A DNA stretch of 64,000 nucleotides from Methanobacteriota archaeon (GTDB lineage: Archaea; Halobacteriota; Bog-38; Methanoflorentales; Methanoflorentaceae): NCBI GenBank assembly GCA_963720465.1, contig OY970393.1:1504001-1568000 (forward strand), read 5' to 3'. Shown one piece after another: positions 18,970 through 29,633 of this stretch. Made by a program: the position numbers and the translations under genes. The notes under the pieces are model-generated. The model was given only the letters and a program-made list of their open reading frames with translations, did no database searches and was not told the origin of the DNA. Positions within the stretch are counted from its first letter, which is position 1, and each line of letters begins with the position of its first letter.

Positions 18970-20934
18970 ATGAATTTTCAGAGTCTCAGAAGCACCAGTG
19001 TCGCCTATTTGATTTTTCTGGCGCTGTGCATACCGCTCGCGATAGCCATTGGGGGTCTTGTTCAGGTCTTCTGTGCTGGCGCTGTTCTCTTTTTTTTCCC
19101 GGGGTATTTCACGTCGCTCGTCATTCTGGGAGACCAAAGCGTCGCAGGCAGGATCGGCACGGCCATTGGTTTTAGCGTCGTCTTCCTCTCCATTCTCGAA
19201 ATCGTGTACACAGCCCTGCTGATACCGGGGAATCCTCTCACCATCGTTGGGCCGCTCTTTCTTTGGACGACCCTCATGTTCGTTTTCGCCCTTGTCCTGA
19301 ACCGTGAGCAGGCACCGATCAATGCGTCTGCCCTGCTCAAGCCTGAGAATATCATAATCGTCGCGATGCTCATTTTCGGGGCTGTTGCACGGCTGGCGTA
19401 CCCGGCGACGGTAGGCACAATTCCCTTCTTTGATCCGCTCTACTGGGCAACCCGCGCGGCCTACTTCGTGCACACGGGCTTCACGGGTATACCTTCATTC
19501 CTCTCAGCGGGCGTTAGTGACGAGATCCGAGAGCGAAGCTTCGAGTTCATGATGGGATCGTTCGCGATGACCGGTAACGCGTCAATCGTCGACATGGCTA
19601 TCTGGTTCGGACCTGTGGTGGGCGTTCTGGCCTCCATAATGCTTCTAGCAGTTTTGGAGCGACTCGGTGTGACCCTGTCCGGCAAAGTCGTCGCGCTCTT
19701 CTTGTTTGTCTCAATGGCCCCGTTGTATGAACTCTTCTGGAGGACGGACATCTCGATGATGCAGGTCGTCGGCACCTATTTCGTGTTCTTTGGCCTCTAT
19801 CTCTGTGCTTCACGGGAGACGGGCTCATTCCTAGCCGGCGCGTTTGTGCTGGGGCTCTCCATTGATATTCACATCCTCTACGGCGTTTACACACCCTTCA
19901 TATTCGCGTTCGTGGTGATTGCCCAGCTCATGAAACGACAGAACACGCTCACGACGGTTGCCTCTATTCCGACATATGTGCTCGGGCTGATGCTCTTTGC
20001 CTGGCGCTTCCTCGTTTATGGCATACCCTCGGGCTTCAGTCCAGCCCTCGTCACCATCAGCTCGGCGCCGTTCAAGGGCTTCACTTCAGCTTTCGTCGCC
20101 ACCAGTGCGGTGCCGTTCGCGATGCAGTCTGTTCTCCCGCTCATAGGGCTCCAACTGATGTACCCCGATCCGACGTACATCCTCCTCTACATAACGCCGC
20201 TGATAGCGGCGCTCGCCGTCGTAGGGCTCGCAGGCTCTGTGATCGAGACGAAAGAGTGGGAGCTCTCGCATCTCGTCTTGCTCGCCTTCGTGTTAGGGAT
20301 GTTTGCCGGTTGGGTCCTGTCAACTCTGTACTTTTCGTTTGCGCCGGCGACCGCTGAAATCTTCCTCGGGCGCGGCGTGGCGTATGCCGAAGCGGCTCTC
20401 ATACCTGCTGCGGGTCTTGGGGTCTCCATACTCGAGCGATCTCTCGGACGCAGATCTGCGCTTATCTCCCCGGGCAGAATTGTCGCTATCGTGCTGGTCG
20501 CGCTTATCATATTGACCAATGCGGCGGGGGCGATAACCACCGACAAATATCAGTCGGTGATTGGACTGGACGACCTCAACGCGATACGGTACGTGGGCCA
20601 GATCCCCGGCAACGCTACAAGACTAGCGTTTTTTGCGCCCCCCAACCCGAACGACCCGTTTGCGAACGCAAGCTCCTCGCAGCGCGAGGCGCTGTTCTAC
20701 ATCTCAAACCCGTCGGCGTTTGATACCTCACCGATGGCGTACCGAGACGAGGTGTCAAACAGCACCGCTGCGTTACAGGCCGCCATGCAAAGCGACAGAA
20801 GCTTTTACAAGTACGCGATCCTGTCGGAGAACTTCGGGTCCAGTGAGCGAAACGCCTTGGACAGTTACCTCAGGTCGAACGGTTACACGCAGGTGGCGAC
20901 ATTCGGCGATGCGTGGGTTTACGAGACCAGCTAG
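18970..20934 (+). CDS. Multi-pass membrane protein, GT-C-like (lipid-carrier-dependent glycosyltransferase candidate)
   Basis: About 13-15 hydrophobic segments, DUF1616-like FFPGY start, acidic DP motif in the first external loop (FFDPLYW), soluble C-terminal domain; lies in a GT cluster. Confidence 0.6.
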   Translation: MNFQSLRSTSVAYLIFLALCIPLAIAIGGLVQVFCAGAVLFFFPGYFTSLVILGDQSVAGRIGTAIGFSVVFLSILEIVYTALLIPGNPLTIVGPLFLWTTLMFVFALVLNREQAPINASALLKPENIIIVAMLIFGAVARLAYPATVGTIPFFDPLYWATRAAYFVHTGFTGIPSFLSAGVSDEIRERSFEFMMGSFAMTGNASIVDMAIWFGPVVGVLASIMLLAVLERLGVTLSGKVVALFLFVSMAPLYELFWRTDISMMQVVGTYFVFFGLYLCASRETGSFLAGAFVLGLSIDIHILYGVYTPFIFAFVVIAQLMKRQNTLTTVASIPTYVLGLMLFAWRFLVYGIPSGFSPALVTISSAPFKGFTSAFVATSAVPFAMQSVLPLIGLQLMYPDPTYILLYITPLIAALAVVGLAGSVIETKEWELSHLVLLAFVLGMFAGWVLSTLYFSFAPATAEIFLGRGVAYAEAALIPAAGLGVSILERSLGRRSALISPGRIVAIVLVALIILTNAAGAITTDKYQSVIGLDDLNAIRYVGQIPGNATRLAFFAPPNPNDPFANASSSQREALFYISNPSAFDTSPMAYRDEVSNSTAALQAAMQSDRSFYKYAILSENFGSSERNALDSYLRSNGYTQVATFGDAWVYETS

Positions 20935-20944
20935 GCAGCGAGGA

Positions 20945-22615
20945 TCACGGCTCCTTTGTTTCCCGCGGCGCGCGCAGTATCGCCCCGTCGCTTGCCGAAC
21001 TGACTGCGGCGGCGTATCTTTTCAAGTAGCCGCCGACGTCTTTTCGCACGGGAGTCCACGTTGCCTTTCTGGCCGCAAGGACATCGTCAGTCAGCTGCAC
21101 GGCCAGCCGGTGGTTCGGTATGTCAATAATAATCTCGTCCCCGTCGTGCAAAAACGCCAACGGACCTCCCTCAGCCGCCTCTGGTGAGATGTGTCCGACC
21201 GCGGGACCCCTAGTCCCGCCCGAGAAACGGCCATCTGTAATAAGGGGCACCTTCAGCCCCATTCCTGATATCGCGGCCGTTGGCGCAAGCATTTCGGGCA
21301 TCCCGGGTCCGCCTCTGGGCCCCTCATAGCGCACGACTACAACCTCCCCTTCGCTCACCGATCCGGCCAGAATGGCCTGCATCGCCTCATCTTCGGCGTT
21401 AAATACGCGCGCTTTTCCCGTATAGCGGAGCATGTCGTCGCTCACGCCGGCGCTTTTGACGATGGCGCCCTCGGGAGCGAGGTTCCCGAAAAGCACCGTG
21501 ATGCCGCCTGTAGCGTGCACCGGATCGTCGAGGGGGCGTATGATTGCGTCGTCACGGATGTGCGCCTCGTCAGCGATCTCGTAAACGCTCTTGCCCGAGC
21601 AGGTCGTTTCGTTGCGTAACAGCGTCCGAGCGCGTTTTATGACGCCTGGGACGCCGCCGGCGGCGTCGAGGTCGCTCATGGTATACGGGCCGACCGGATT
21701 CAGGGATGCGATGTGCGGCGTCTGTGCGCTCAGTTCGTCGAAAAGCGTGAGCGGGAGCGATATGCCCGCCTCGTGCGCGATTGCGGGGAGGTGCAGCGCC
21801 GTATTCGTAGAGCCACCGATCAGCATGTCGAGGATGATCGCATTCCGAAACGATGCCTCGGTCACAATGTCGCGCGGCGTGACTCCGTTCACTATGAGGT
21901 CGACGATGCGCTTTCCAGTCGCTTCAGCAATACGCCTCCTCTGGGCATCAACGGCTGGCGTTGTCGCACAATAGGGGAGCGAGAGGCCCAGCATCTCGGT
22001 CATACAGGCCATGGTGTTGGCCGTGTACAGGCCCTGGCAGCTGCCGCACCCGGGACACGCCCGGCTAACGAGCTCTTCGAGGTGCGCTTCCGTCATGCTA
22101 CCTGCCTGGACGCAGCCGACCCCTTCAAACGTCGAGACGAGCGTGATGTCTGTGCCTTCGTAGTACCCCGGTCGCATGGGACCGCCGGTCACCACCATAG
22201 CCGGCACGTTTAGTCGCAGCGCCGCCATCAGCATCCCGGGAACGATCTTGTCGCACGACCCCACCATGACCAAACCGTCAAACTGGTGCGCCTGCGCCAT
22301 GAGCTCAATGGAGTCGGCGATGTTCTCACGGGACGGGAGGGCATAGCGCATGCCAGAGTGCCCCATGGCGATGCCATCGCAGATGCCGATGGTGCCGAAC
22401 TCGAACGCGATGCCGCCGGCCAAATGTACCCCTTTTTTAACAAACTCAGCGAGATCACGCAGATGAAGGTGACCGGGAACGATTTCGTTCCAGGCGTTGG
22501 CGATGCCGACAAACGGCCGTTCGAGATCCTCGTCCCCCACGCCCAAGGCATTCAAGAGGGCCCTTTGGGGTGCGCGTGTCACCCCCCTCGTTATTTCCTT
22601 GCTCCTTAGTTCCAT
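20945..22615 (-). CDS. ilvD: Dihydroxy-acid dehydratase
   Basis: ICDGIAMGH, CDKIVPG, GLYTANTM, YEGPRGGPGMPEM, ITDGRFSGGTRG. Confidence 0.97.
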   Translation of the reverse strand: MELRSKEITRGVTRAPQRALLNALGVGDEDLERPFVGIANAWNEIVPGHLHLRDLAEFVKKGVHLAGGIAFEFGTIGICDGIAMGHSGMRYALPSRENIADSIELMAQAHQFDGLVMVGSCDKIVPGMLMAALRLNVPAMVVTGGPMRPGYYEGTDITLVSTFEGVGCVQAGSMTEAHLEELVSRACPGCGSCQGLYTANTMACMTEMLGLSLPYCATTPAVDAQRRRIAEATGKRIVDLIVNGVTPRDIVTEASFRNAIILDMLIGGSTNTALHLPAIAHEAGISLPLTLFDELSAQTPHIASLNPVGPYTMSDLDAAGGVPGVIKRARTLLRNETTCSGKSVYEIADEAHIRDDAIIRPLDDPVHATGGITVLFGNLAPEGAIVKSAGVSDDMLRYTGKARVFNAEDEAMQAILAGSVSEGEVVVVRYEGPRGGPGMPEMLAPTAAISGMGLKVPLITDGRFSGGTRGPAVGHISPEAAEGGPLAFLHDGDEIIIDIPNHRLAVQLTDDVLAARKATWTPVRKDVGGYLKRYAAAVSSASDGAILRAPRETKEP

Positions 22616-22667
22616 ATGCCTAAAGAATGATCGCTGAAGTTATAAAAATGAGTGCGCTGCTAAGATC

Positions 22668-22695
22668 GTGCCAAAAGTGTGCCAAAAGTGTGCCA
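22668..22695 (+). repeat. 11-bp tandem repeat GTGCCAAAAGT x2.5 at the left edge of the island
   Basis: gtgccaaaagt gtgccaaaagt gtgcca. Confidence 0.7.
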
Positions 22696-22860
22696 CTTTT
22701 TAAAAATGTGTCGCATTTCGATAAATTTGCTGGCGACTAAGATGGCTCCGCGTTCAGCATCCAGGATTTTTGCTGTTCGGAGTCCCGTTTGAAAAAAAAA
22801 AGTGAGATCGCTTGATATATTTTTAGCTGTATCTGGGGCTCACGGCCGAAAACTCGCACG

Positions 22861-22995
22861 GCAGCTGATACTTTAATGTGCGTACAACAGCTTTGCTGCC
22901 GTCGGGAGCGCCGACTGGAGACATTACAGATCGGCAGATCATTCGATTATCTTCCGGAAGTTCAATGAAGCCACTGCAAACATGAGGATATCAAA
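22861..22995 (+). pseudogene. Possible C-terminal remnant of a tyrosine recombinase
   Basis: AADTLM / (frameshift) NSFAAVGSADWRHYRSADHSIIFRKFNEA; resembles the LMGH...DWxxY box II. Confidence 0.35.
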
Positions 22996-22997
22996 GA

Positions 22998-23253
22998 GCA
23001 CTATGACGGCAACGTCTACGCTTTCAACGCTGCAAGCGGGGCGAAAGTATGGGATTACACGACAGGGAGCGCCGTTCTCTGCTCTCCCGCCGTCTCAAAC
23101 TTAGTGGTCTACGTGGGGAGCAATGACGGGAACGTTTACGCCATCGGCAACGGAGCTGCGGCCACAGGTCAAGGTACGACGCCCGGCTTCGATGTGGTGC
23201 TCGCTTTTGTCGGGCTCGTAATCGCCGCTTACGTAGTGAAAAGGAAGCGCTAA
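22998..23253 (+). pseudogene. Truncated 3' end of a PQQ-like beta-propeller/PGF-CTERM gene
   Basis: YDGNVYAFNAASGAKVWDYTTGSAVLCSPAV...TTPGFDVVLAFVGLVIAAYVVKRKR*; no 5' part. Confidence 0.85.
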
Positions 23254-23669
23254 CGCCCTCCAACTTCTTCTTCTTTACGCACAGTGGCTTTTGTGTATGC
23301 CAATAATGAGTAGGTATTGGATAATAGGAATTATTAATGGCCAATGATATTAAACTCAAGGTAGGCAACAGTAGCGGCGCAGCGACCGAGCTTAAAAGCG
23401 CCTTGCTGCCACAAACGGACGGCTGCGCCACGACCGGAAAAGCCGGATACGACAATTGGGTGCGGACGTACGCAGCGCGTGGTGTCCTCTATCCGCAGAT
23501 GAATACCCTTATACAGAAGGTACAGGCGTTGCAGGGGTCGTGAAGGGGTTTTTCATTATCCTCTTCGCTTCTTTCTTTTTCTTTCACTGTCCGCACGTTT
23601 GCGATTGACTATTTCCTAGCATGTCATGTTTGTTCAACATTTTCCGTGTGACTGGCAACTTTGCCCCTC

Positions 23670-23780
23670 TGTCAGTTTCAGACCGAAGCTTTTATCGTAT
23701 CCTTTGACATTTTTTTTAGGGCAACGAACGCTTTACGAGCCATTCATGCGCGCATATAAAATCGTCTCATTTTCCATAGT
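23670..23780 (+). promoter_or_regulatory. Shared promoter/5'UTR/leader cassette, copy 1 of 5 (others at about 25170, 26757, 30070, 33510)
   Basis: GACCGRAG.TTTAT (BRE-TATA)...GGGCAACGAACG.TTT.CGAG.CA.TCATGCGCG recurs before each surface-protein gene. Confidence 0.8.
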
Positions 23781-24972
23781 TATTCTTCTCATTACAATCC
23801 TATTTACGGGCGCTGTAACCGTTCCTGCAGCAGCACAGAACGATACGATGATGTTTCGTTACAACGCCCAGCACACCGGTGATTACAGCCCCGTGGCGGG
23901 GAGCAACACGTCGAAAGGGCTGCTGACGTGGAGCTTCACGTCCGGAAACACCGTGTTCTCCTCCCCCGCCGTCGTCAGCGGGGTAGTCTACATGGGGAGC
24001 TATGACAGCAACATCTATGCCATCAACGCCACCACCGGGGCGAAGCTGTGGAGCTTCACGAGCGGAAACTATGTGCTCTCCTCCCCCGCCGTCGTCAACG
24101 GCGTCGTCTACGTAGGGAGCGATGACAACAGCACCTACGCCCTTAATGCTACCACCGGAGCGAAGCTGTGGAACTACACGACCGGAGGCTATGTGCTCTC
24201 TTCCCCCGCCGTCGTGAACGGCGTCGTCTATGTCGGGAGCGATGATGGCAACGTCTACGCCCTTAACGCTACCACTGGGATGAAAGTGTGGAACTACACG
24301 ACCCGAGGCTATGTGCGTTCCTCCCCCGCCGTCGTCAACGGCACAGTGTATGTAGGGAGCGATGACAACAACACCTACGCCCTTAATGCTACCACCGGGG
24401 CGAAGCTGTGGAACTACACGACAGGGAGCGCCGTGCTCTCTTCTCCTGCCGTCGTGAACGGCACAGTGTATGTAGGGAGCGATGACAACAGCACCTACGC
24501 CCTTAATGCTACCACCGGGGCGAAGCTGTGGAACTACACGACAGGGAGCGCCGTGCTCTCTTCTCCTGCCGTCGTGAACGGCACGGTCTACGTCGGGAGC
24601 TATGACAGCAACGTCTACGCTCTCAAAGCTACCACCGGGGCGAAGCTGTGGAACTACACGACCGGAGGCGACGTGTACTCTTCCCCCGCAGTCGCCAACG
24701 GCACGGTGTACATAGGGAGCTCTGACAACAACGTCTACGCTCTCAATGCCACCACCGGCAAGGTGACGTGGAGCTTCACGACCGGAGACTATGTGCTCTC
24801 CTCCCCGGCCGTCTCAAACGGGGAGGTCTACGTAGGGAGCGTCGATGGCAATATCTACGCCATCGGCAACGCAGCTGCGGCCACAAGTCAGAGTGCGACG
24901 CCCGGGTTCGATGTCATACTTGCTTTTGTCGGACTCGTAATCGCTGCTTATGTGGTGAGGAGGAGGAGCTAA
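23746..24972 (+). CDS. Secreted 8-bladed PQQ-like (BamB-like) beta-propeller surface glycoprotein with PGF-CTERM
   Basis: Signal peptide, 8 x 40-aa SSPAVxNGxVYVGS repeats, TPGF + TM helix + basic tail. Confidence 0.92.
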   Translation: MRAYKIVSFSIVILLITILFTGAVTVPAAAQNDTMMFRYNAQHTGDYSPVAGSNTSKGLLTWSFTSGNTVFSSPAVVSGVVYMGSYDSNIYAINATTGAKLWSFTSGNYVLSSPAVVNGVVYVGSDDNSTYALNATTGAKLWNYTTGGYVLSSPAVVNGVVYVGSDDGNVYALNATTGMKVWNYTTRGYVRSSPAVVNGTVYVGSDDNNTYALNATTGAKLWNYTTGSAVLSSPAVVNGTVYVGSDDNSTYALNATTGAKLWNYTTGSAVLSSPAVVNGTVYVGSYDSNVYALKATTGAKLWNYTTGGDVYSSPAVANGTVYIGSSDNNVYALNATTGKVTWSFTTGDYVLSSPAVSNGEVYVGSVDGNIYAIGNAAAATSQSATPGFDVILAFVGLVIAAYVVRRRS

Positions 24973-25245
24973 CCCACCCCACTTCTGCGTACCGCCCCTA
25001 GGAGTTCCTCACGAAGTACGAAGAGAGTGCCACGTACGCCTCGTCGACGGCGACCAAGTATGTCACTGTGATGGCAAAGGCGAGGTAGCAGAGTTCGCAG
25101 GGATAGCACAGCAAAACAATCTTTTTTTCGCTTTCAATGCCTTAGAGTGCATTGAGTACTGCCTTTTGTCATTAGTTTCAGACCGGAGACTTTATAGTGT
25201 CTTCTGACGCGTTGGTAGGCGTCCAAGAACGTTTTGCGAGGCATC

Positions 25246-26490
25246 ATGCGTGTATACAAAATCCTCTCATTTTCTGTGGTAGTCCTTCTTATTACAGTTG
25301 TATTCGTAGGCGGTGTAACCCTTCCTGCGGCAGCACAGTACGATACGATGCAATACCGGTATAACGCCGCGCACGCCGGCGATTACAGCCCTGTGGCAGG
25401 GCCGGTGTCATCAAACGGACAGCTGAAGTGGGGCCTCACGACCGGAAGCGTCGTGCTCTCCTCCCCTGCCGTTTCAAACGGCGTCGTCTATGTCGGGAGC
25501 GATGATGGCAACGTCTACGCCCTTAACGCTACCACTGGGATGAAAGTGTGGAACTACACGACCGGAGGCGAGGTGTACTCCTCCCCTGCCGTTTCAAACG
25601 GCGTCGTGTATGTCGGGAGTGAGAATAACAACGTCTACGCCCTTAACGCTAGCACCGGGGTGAAAGTGTGGAACTACACGACCGGAAACGCCGTGCTCTC
25701 CTCCCCTGCTGTCGTGAACGGGGTGGTCTACGTGGGGAGCAATGACTATAACGTCTATGCCCTCAACGCCACCAGCGGAGCGAAAGTGTGGAACTACACG
25801 ACCGGAAGCGCCGTGCTCTCCTCCCCTGCCGTTTCAAACGGCGTCGTGTATGTCGGGAGTGAGAATAACAACGTCTACGCCCTTAACGCTAGCACCGGGG
25901 TGAAAGTGTGGAACTACACGACCGGAAACGCCGTGCTCTCCTCCCCTGCTGTCGCCAACGGAGTCGTCTACGTCGGGAGCGAGAACAACAAGGTCTACGC
26001 CCTTAACGCTACCACTGGGATGAAAGTGTGGAACTACACGACCGGAGGGGGGGTTTATTCATCCCCGGCAGTCGTTAACGGCGTCGTGTACGTCGGGAGC
26101 GAGAACAACAAGGTCTACGCCCTTAACGCTACCACTGGGATGAAAGTGTGGAACTACACGACCGGAGGCGAGGTCAACTCCTCCCCCGCCGTCGTGAACG
26201 GGGTGGTCTACGTGGGGAGCAATGACTATAACGTCTATGCCCTCAACGCCACCAGCGGAGCGAAAGTGTGGAGCTTCACGACCGGAAGCGCCGTGCTCTC
26301 TTCTCCTGCCGTCGTGAACGGCACGGTGTATGTGGGGAGCTATAACAGCAACGTCTACGCCATCGGCAACGAAGCTGCGGCCACAAGTCAGGGTGCGACG
26401 CCCGGTTTCGAGGTCGTGCTCGCTTTTATCGGACTCGTTTTTGTCGGACTCGTAATCGCCGCTTACGCAGTGAAGACATACCGATACTGA
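25246..26490 (+). CDS. Secreted 8-bladed PQQ-like beta-propeller surface glycoprotein with PGF-CTERM
   Basis: Same architecture; 120-bp repeats; TPGFEVV. Confidence 0.92.
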   Translation: MRVYKILSFSVVVLLITVVFVGGVTLPAAAQYDTMQYRYNAAHAGDYSPVAGPVSSNGQLKWGLTTGSVVLSSPAVSNGVVYVGSDDGNVYALNATTGMKVWNYTTGGEVYSSPAVSNGVVYVGSENNNVYALNASTGVKVWNYTTGNAVLSSPAVVNGVVYVGSNDYNVYALNATSGAKVWNYTTGSAVLSSPAVSNGVVYVGSENNNVYALNASTGVKVWNYTTGNAVLSSPAVANGVVYVGSENNKVYALNATTGMKVWNYTTGGGVYSSPAVVNGVVYVGSENNKVYALNATTGMKVWNYTTGGEVNSSPAVVNGVVYVGSNDYNVYALNATSGAKVWSFTTGSAVLSSPAVVNGTVYVGSYNSNVYAIGNEAAATSQGATPGFEVVLAFIGLVFVGLVIAAYAVKTYRY

Positions 26491-26890
26491 GTGGGATGTT
26501 AGTTGGTTAAAAAGGAGTAATAATGCTCCGCTGGAGCTGGCGTTGCCTAGACTACACCGGCAGCTCCGTGTACCGGGAGTTCCTCGTGAAGTATCAAGGG
26601 ATCCCCACCTACGCCCCTCGACCGCGACAAGATATGGTACGGCGTGGGCGAATTAGCAGGGCCGGCACAGCGTGTTCCCTTCGCCCTATCCTAAGCTCCA
26701 AGTTCGTTATCTCTTTTTTGATTTCGAGGCCCTAGAGTGCATTGAGTGCTGCCTTTTGTCATCAGTTTCAGACCGGAGCCTTTATTATCCTTTGAAATTT
26801 TTTTAGGGCAACGAACGTTTTTCGAGGCAATCATGCGCGTATCCAAAATCGTGTCATTTGCAGGTACAGCTTTTCTCGCCAGAGATATCC

Positions 26891-29047
26891 ATGAACAAGT
26901 TGGTCCCACATAGAGAAACGCACGCTCGCACGCACAGTTGGAGTCGGCGTGGTAGAGAATGCATGACTCTTTTACTTCTGGCTGCGGTTTTGATCTCTCT
27001 CACCGCCGCCACGGCAAACCTCGTACCCAACGCGGCCGGGGCGCAGCCAGTAGTAGGCGCGACGACGCATCCGATACAGTACTGGATTGGCTGCGCGCCG
27101 TCGATGGTAACGAACGCCACGCTGACCTATTTTAAACAACAGGGATTCACCGCTGTCGTTATGGTTGTCCCCGACAGTCAGACGTATCAGACGCAACTCA
27201 CCACGATCAAGTCGAACAATATGCTGCCGATTATTGATATCGAGATGCCCATCTGGGACGGTGGACAGCTCCAGAGCACGCCGATAAGCAATTTTTCCGG
27301 CTATTTCCAGTCACTCAAAACCGCCGGCTGGCAATACGTCGCCTCGGAAGGCGGCAGGAGCGGCGACCTCGAGTACCTGGCGCACTACTTCAAGGGCTAT
27401 GTGAACTTCAACTGTGACCAGTGCGGCCTGTGGGAAGGGGGGTATCCGGTGTATACAAACCCCTTTACGGTCGCGAACAGCTGGGAGAGCTACTACCCAT
27501 CCGAGTGGCCCTACATCCAAAACGGATCAAAGCAGGCCGCTGCGCTTGGCATCCAGAACGGCATCCTCGCTGGCACGTGGGCTAATAGCGGCGGCGACAA
27601 CCAGATATATGCCAACTCAGTGAGCGGCAGCGGCACGCCCTCGTATCTCTCAATGCTGAACTGGTCGTATGCTAATGGAATCGGCTTCACGAGCTTCCAT
27701 GTCTGGTGCGGTGACAGTCCCAATGGGCTAAGCCAGTACCAATCATTAGGATTTGACAAGCTAGTCGCAGCCATGCAAGTGTATTACCCCGCGACCACGT
27801 CGGCGTCATTTGCCAAGGGGCAGCCCACCCAGCTCTCCCTCAGCGCGTCGAGCACGACCCCCGCCGTCAATCAGTCAGTCACTTTCACCGCCACCTTGAG
27901 TAACGGCACAACGCCGCTCTCAGGAGAGAACGCCACGATCTACCACCTCCTCAACGGCGTTCGCTACAACGACACCACCAACACCACCAACACCACCGGT
28001 CAGATCGCCGTCACCACGAGCTTTGGCTCTCCCGGCACACGTTCCTACTACGCCACGTTCGCCGGTGACGGCTCCTATCAGACATCGACGAGCAGTGTCG
28101 TCACCGTGAACGTTAAAGCACAGACCAAGGTCACCCTCACCGCCTCCAACTCCACCCCCGCCGTCAATCAGTCAGTCACTTTCACCGCCACCTTGAGTAA
28201 CGGCACAACGCCGCTCTCAGGAGAGAACGCCACGATCTACCACCTCCTCAACGGCGTTCGCTACAACGACACCACCAACACCACCAACACCACCGGTCAG
28301 ATCGCCGTCACCACGAGCTTTGGCTCTCCCGGCACACGTTCCTACTACGCCACGTTCGCCGGTGACGGCTCCTATCAGACATCGACGAGCAGTGTCGTCA
28401 CCGTGAACGTCACCAACGTCACCAAGATGCCGACCACCCTCACCCTCACCGCGTCCAATTCCACCCCCGCCGTCAATCAGCAGGTCACCTTCAATGCCAC
28501 CTTGAGTAACGGCACAACGCCGCTCTCAGGAGAGAACGCCACGATCTACCACCTCCTCAACGGCGTTCGCTACAACGACACCACCAACACCACCAACACC
28601 ACCGGTCAGATCGCCGTCACCACGAGCTTTGGCTCTCCCGGCACACGTTCCTACTACGCCACGTTCGCCGGTGACGGCTCCTATCAGACATCGACGAGCA
28701 GTGTCGTCACCGTGAACGTCGACGCTCAGACGAACATCGCCCTCACCGCGTCAAACACCACCCCAGCCGTCAATCAGTCAGTCACTTTTAACGCCACGCT
28801 CTCGTGGTGGAACCCCGCAACCGGCAAATGGGTGGCTGTCACCACGAGCGGCGAGCCGATACAGGTCTGGCACACCCTCAACGGCGTTCGCTATAACGAC
28901 ACGACAATCAACACGAACGGCAGCAGCACGGCAACGTTCACACAGAAGTGGACATCAGCCGGCACACGCTACTATTATGCCACCTTCGCTGGCGACACGT
29001 GGTATAATGCATCGACGAGCGCGGTCGTGACGATGACCGTTCATTAG
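26891..29047 (+). CDS. Secreted protein: N-terminal globular (possible glycoside-hydrolase-like) domain + 4 Ig-like repeats; start uncertain
   Basis: Hydrophobic signal, about 270-aa aromatic-rich domain (IIDIE, VASE, WESY), about 99-aa repeats VNQSVTFTATL...YYATFAGD. Confidence 0.8.
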   Translation: MNKLVPHRETHARTHSWSRRGRECMTLLLLAAVLISLTAATANLVPNAAGAQPVVGATTHPIQYWIGCAPSMVTNATLTYFKQQGFTAVVMVVPDSQTYQTQLTTIKSNNMLPIIDIEMPIWDGGQLQSTPISNFSGYFQSLKTAGWQYVASEGGRSGDLEYLAHYFKGYVNFNCDQCGLWEGGYPVYTNPFTVANSWESYYPSEWPYIQNGSKQAAALGIQNGILAGTWANSGGDNQIYANSVSGSGTPSYLSMLNWSYANGIGFTSFHVWCGDSPNGLSQYQSLGFDKLVAAMQVYYPATTSASFAKGQPTQLSLSASSTTPAVNQSVTFTATLSNGTTPLSGENATIYHLLNGVRYNDTTNTTNTTGQIAVTTSFGSPGTRSYYATFAGDGSYQTSTSSVVTVNVKAQTKVTLTASNSTPAVNQSVTFTATLSNGTTPLSGENATIYHLLNGVRYNDTTNTTNTTGQIAVTTSFGSPGTRSYYATFAGDGSYQTSTSSVVTVNVTNVTKMPTTLTLTASNSTPAVNQQVTFNATLSNGTTPLSGENATIYHLLNGVRYNDTTNTTNTTGQIAVTTSFGSPGTRSYYATFAGDGSYQTSTSSVVTVNVDAQTNIALTASNTTPAVNQSVTFNATLSWWNPATGKWVAVTTSGEPIQVWHTLNGVRYNDTTINTNGSSTATFTQKWTSAGTRYYYATFAGDTWYNASTSAVVTMTVH
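27858..28719 (+). repeat. Three near-identical ~300-bp Ig-domain coding repeats
   Basis: About 27858-28113, 28155-28410 and 28464-28719 match over more than 200 bp. Confidence 0.9.
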
Positions 29048-29586
29048 TCCAGATACGCGAGCGAGGGCGTTATTTGCGCAGAATTCTCTCAATATGGCCC
29101 TGTGTAATAATATATGACGTTACCGCCTTCGCGTCTTCACTTTCTTTGGCAGCCCTACGAAGAATTCAAACGCAAGATAATAAGTATCAAGCCGCATTTT
29201 AGTGAGATACTTGACAAAGAACTTTGCGAACGCGAGCGTCTTACTCTGACTCCATTAGGACGAATACTGCGCTAGCGTCGTCACGTGGAGGCGTTTCATC
29301 GTCTTTTACGATATCTCTCCACGAGTGTTTTTCCAGAGCACTCTCGCCGGACGAACAATCCAATCACGAGAAATATCCGCTAGTCCGAATGCATGGTTCT
29401 ACGTAGCTACAGAGTTCGTCCCTGGTAAACGCCAAAACGAGATTGCCGTGCGTTTGTCCGTTATTTGCGTATCCGTTTGGCCGGAGACGTGCGATTGCTG
29501 GTCTATCTTGCCGCGACGCAGTCGCGCCTAGCAATCATTAGTGACTCTAACTGCTGCGTTTTATCGTCAAAAGATTTGCAAAAACT

Positions 29587-29633
29587 GATGGGCTCGAGGC
29601 GATTCGAAAGCCCGGCATTCGCCGTTTAGAGGC
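29587..29633 (-). repeat. Degenerate att site: copy of the tRNA-Val 3' half
   Basis: 42/47 identity to 56126-56172. Confidence 0.9.

Noticed and set aside
22741-22790. tRNA-derived att at the left edge of the island
   Set aside because: An imperfect hairpin (GGCTCCG...CGGAGTC) with no T-loop consensus and no match to tRNA-Val.
23746-26490. PQQ-dependent dehydrogenases
   Set aside because: Only the structural repeat is present; no catalytic insertions or vicinal Cys pair.
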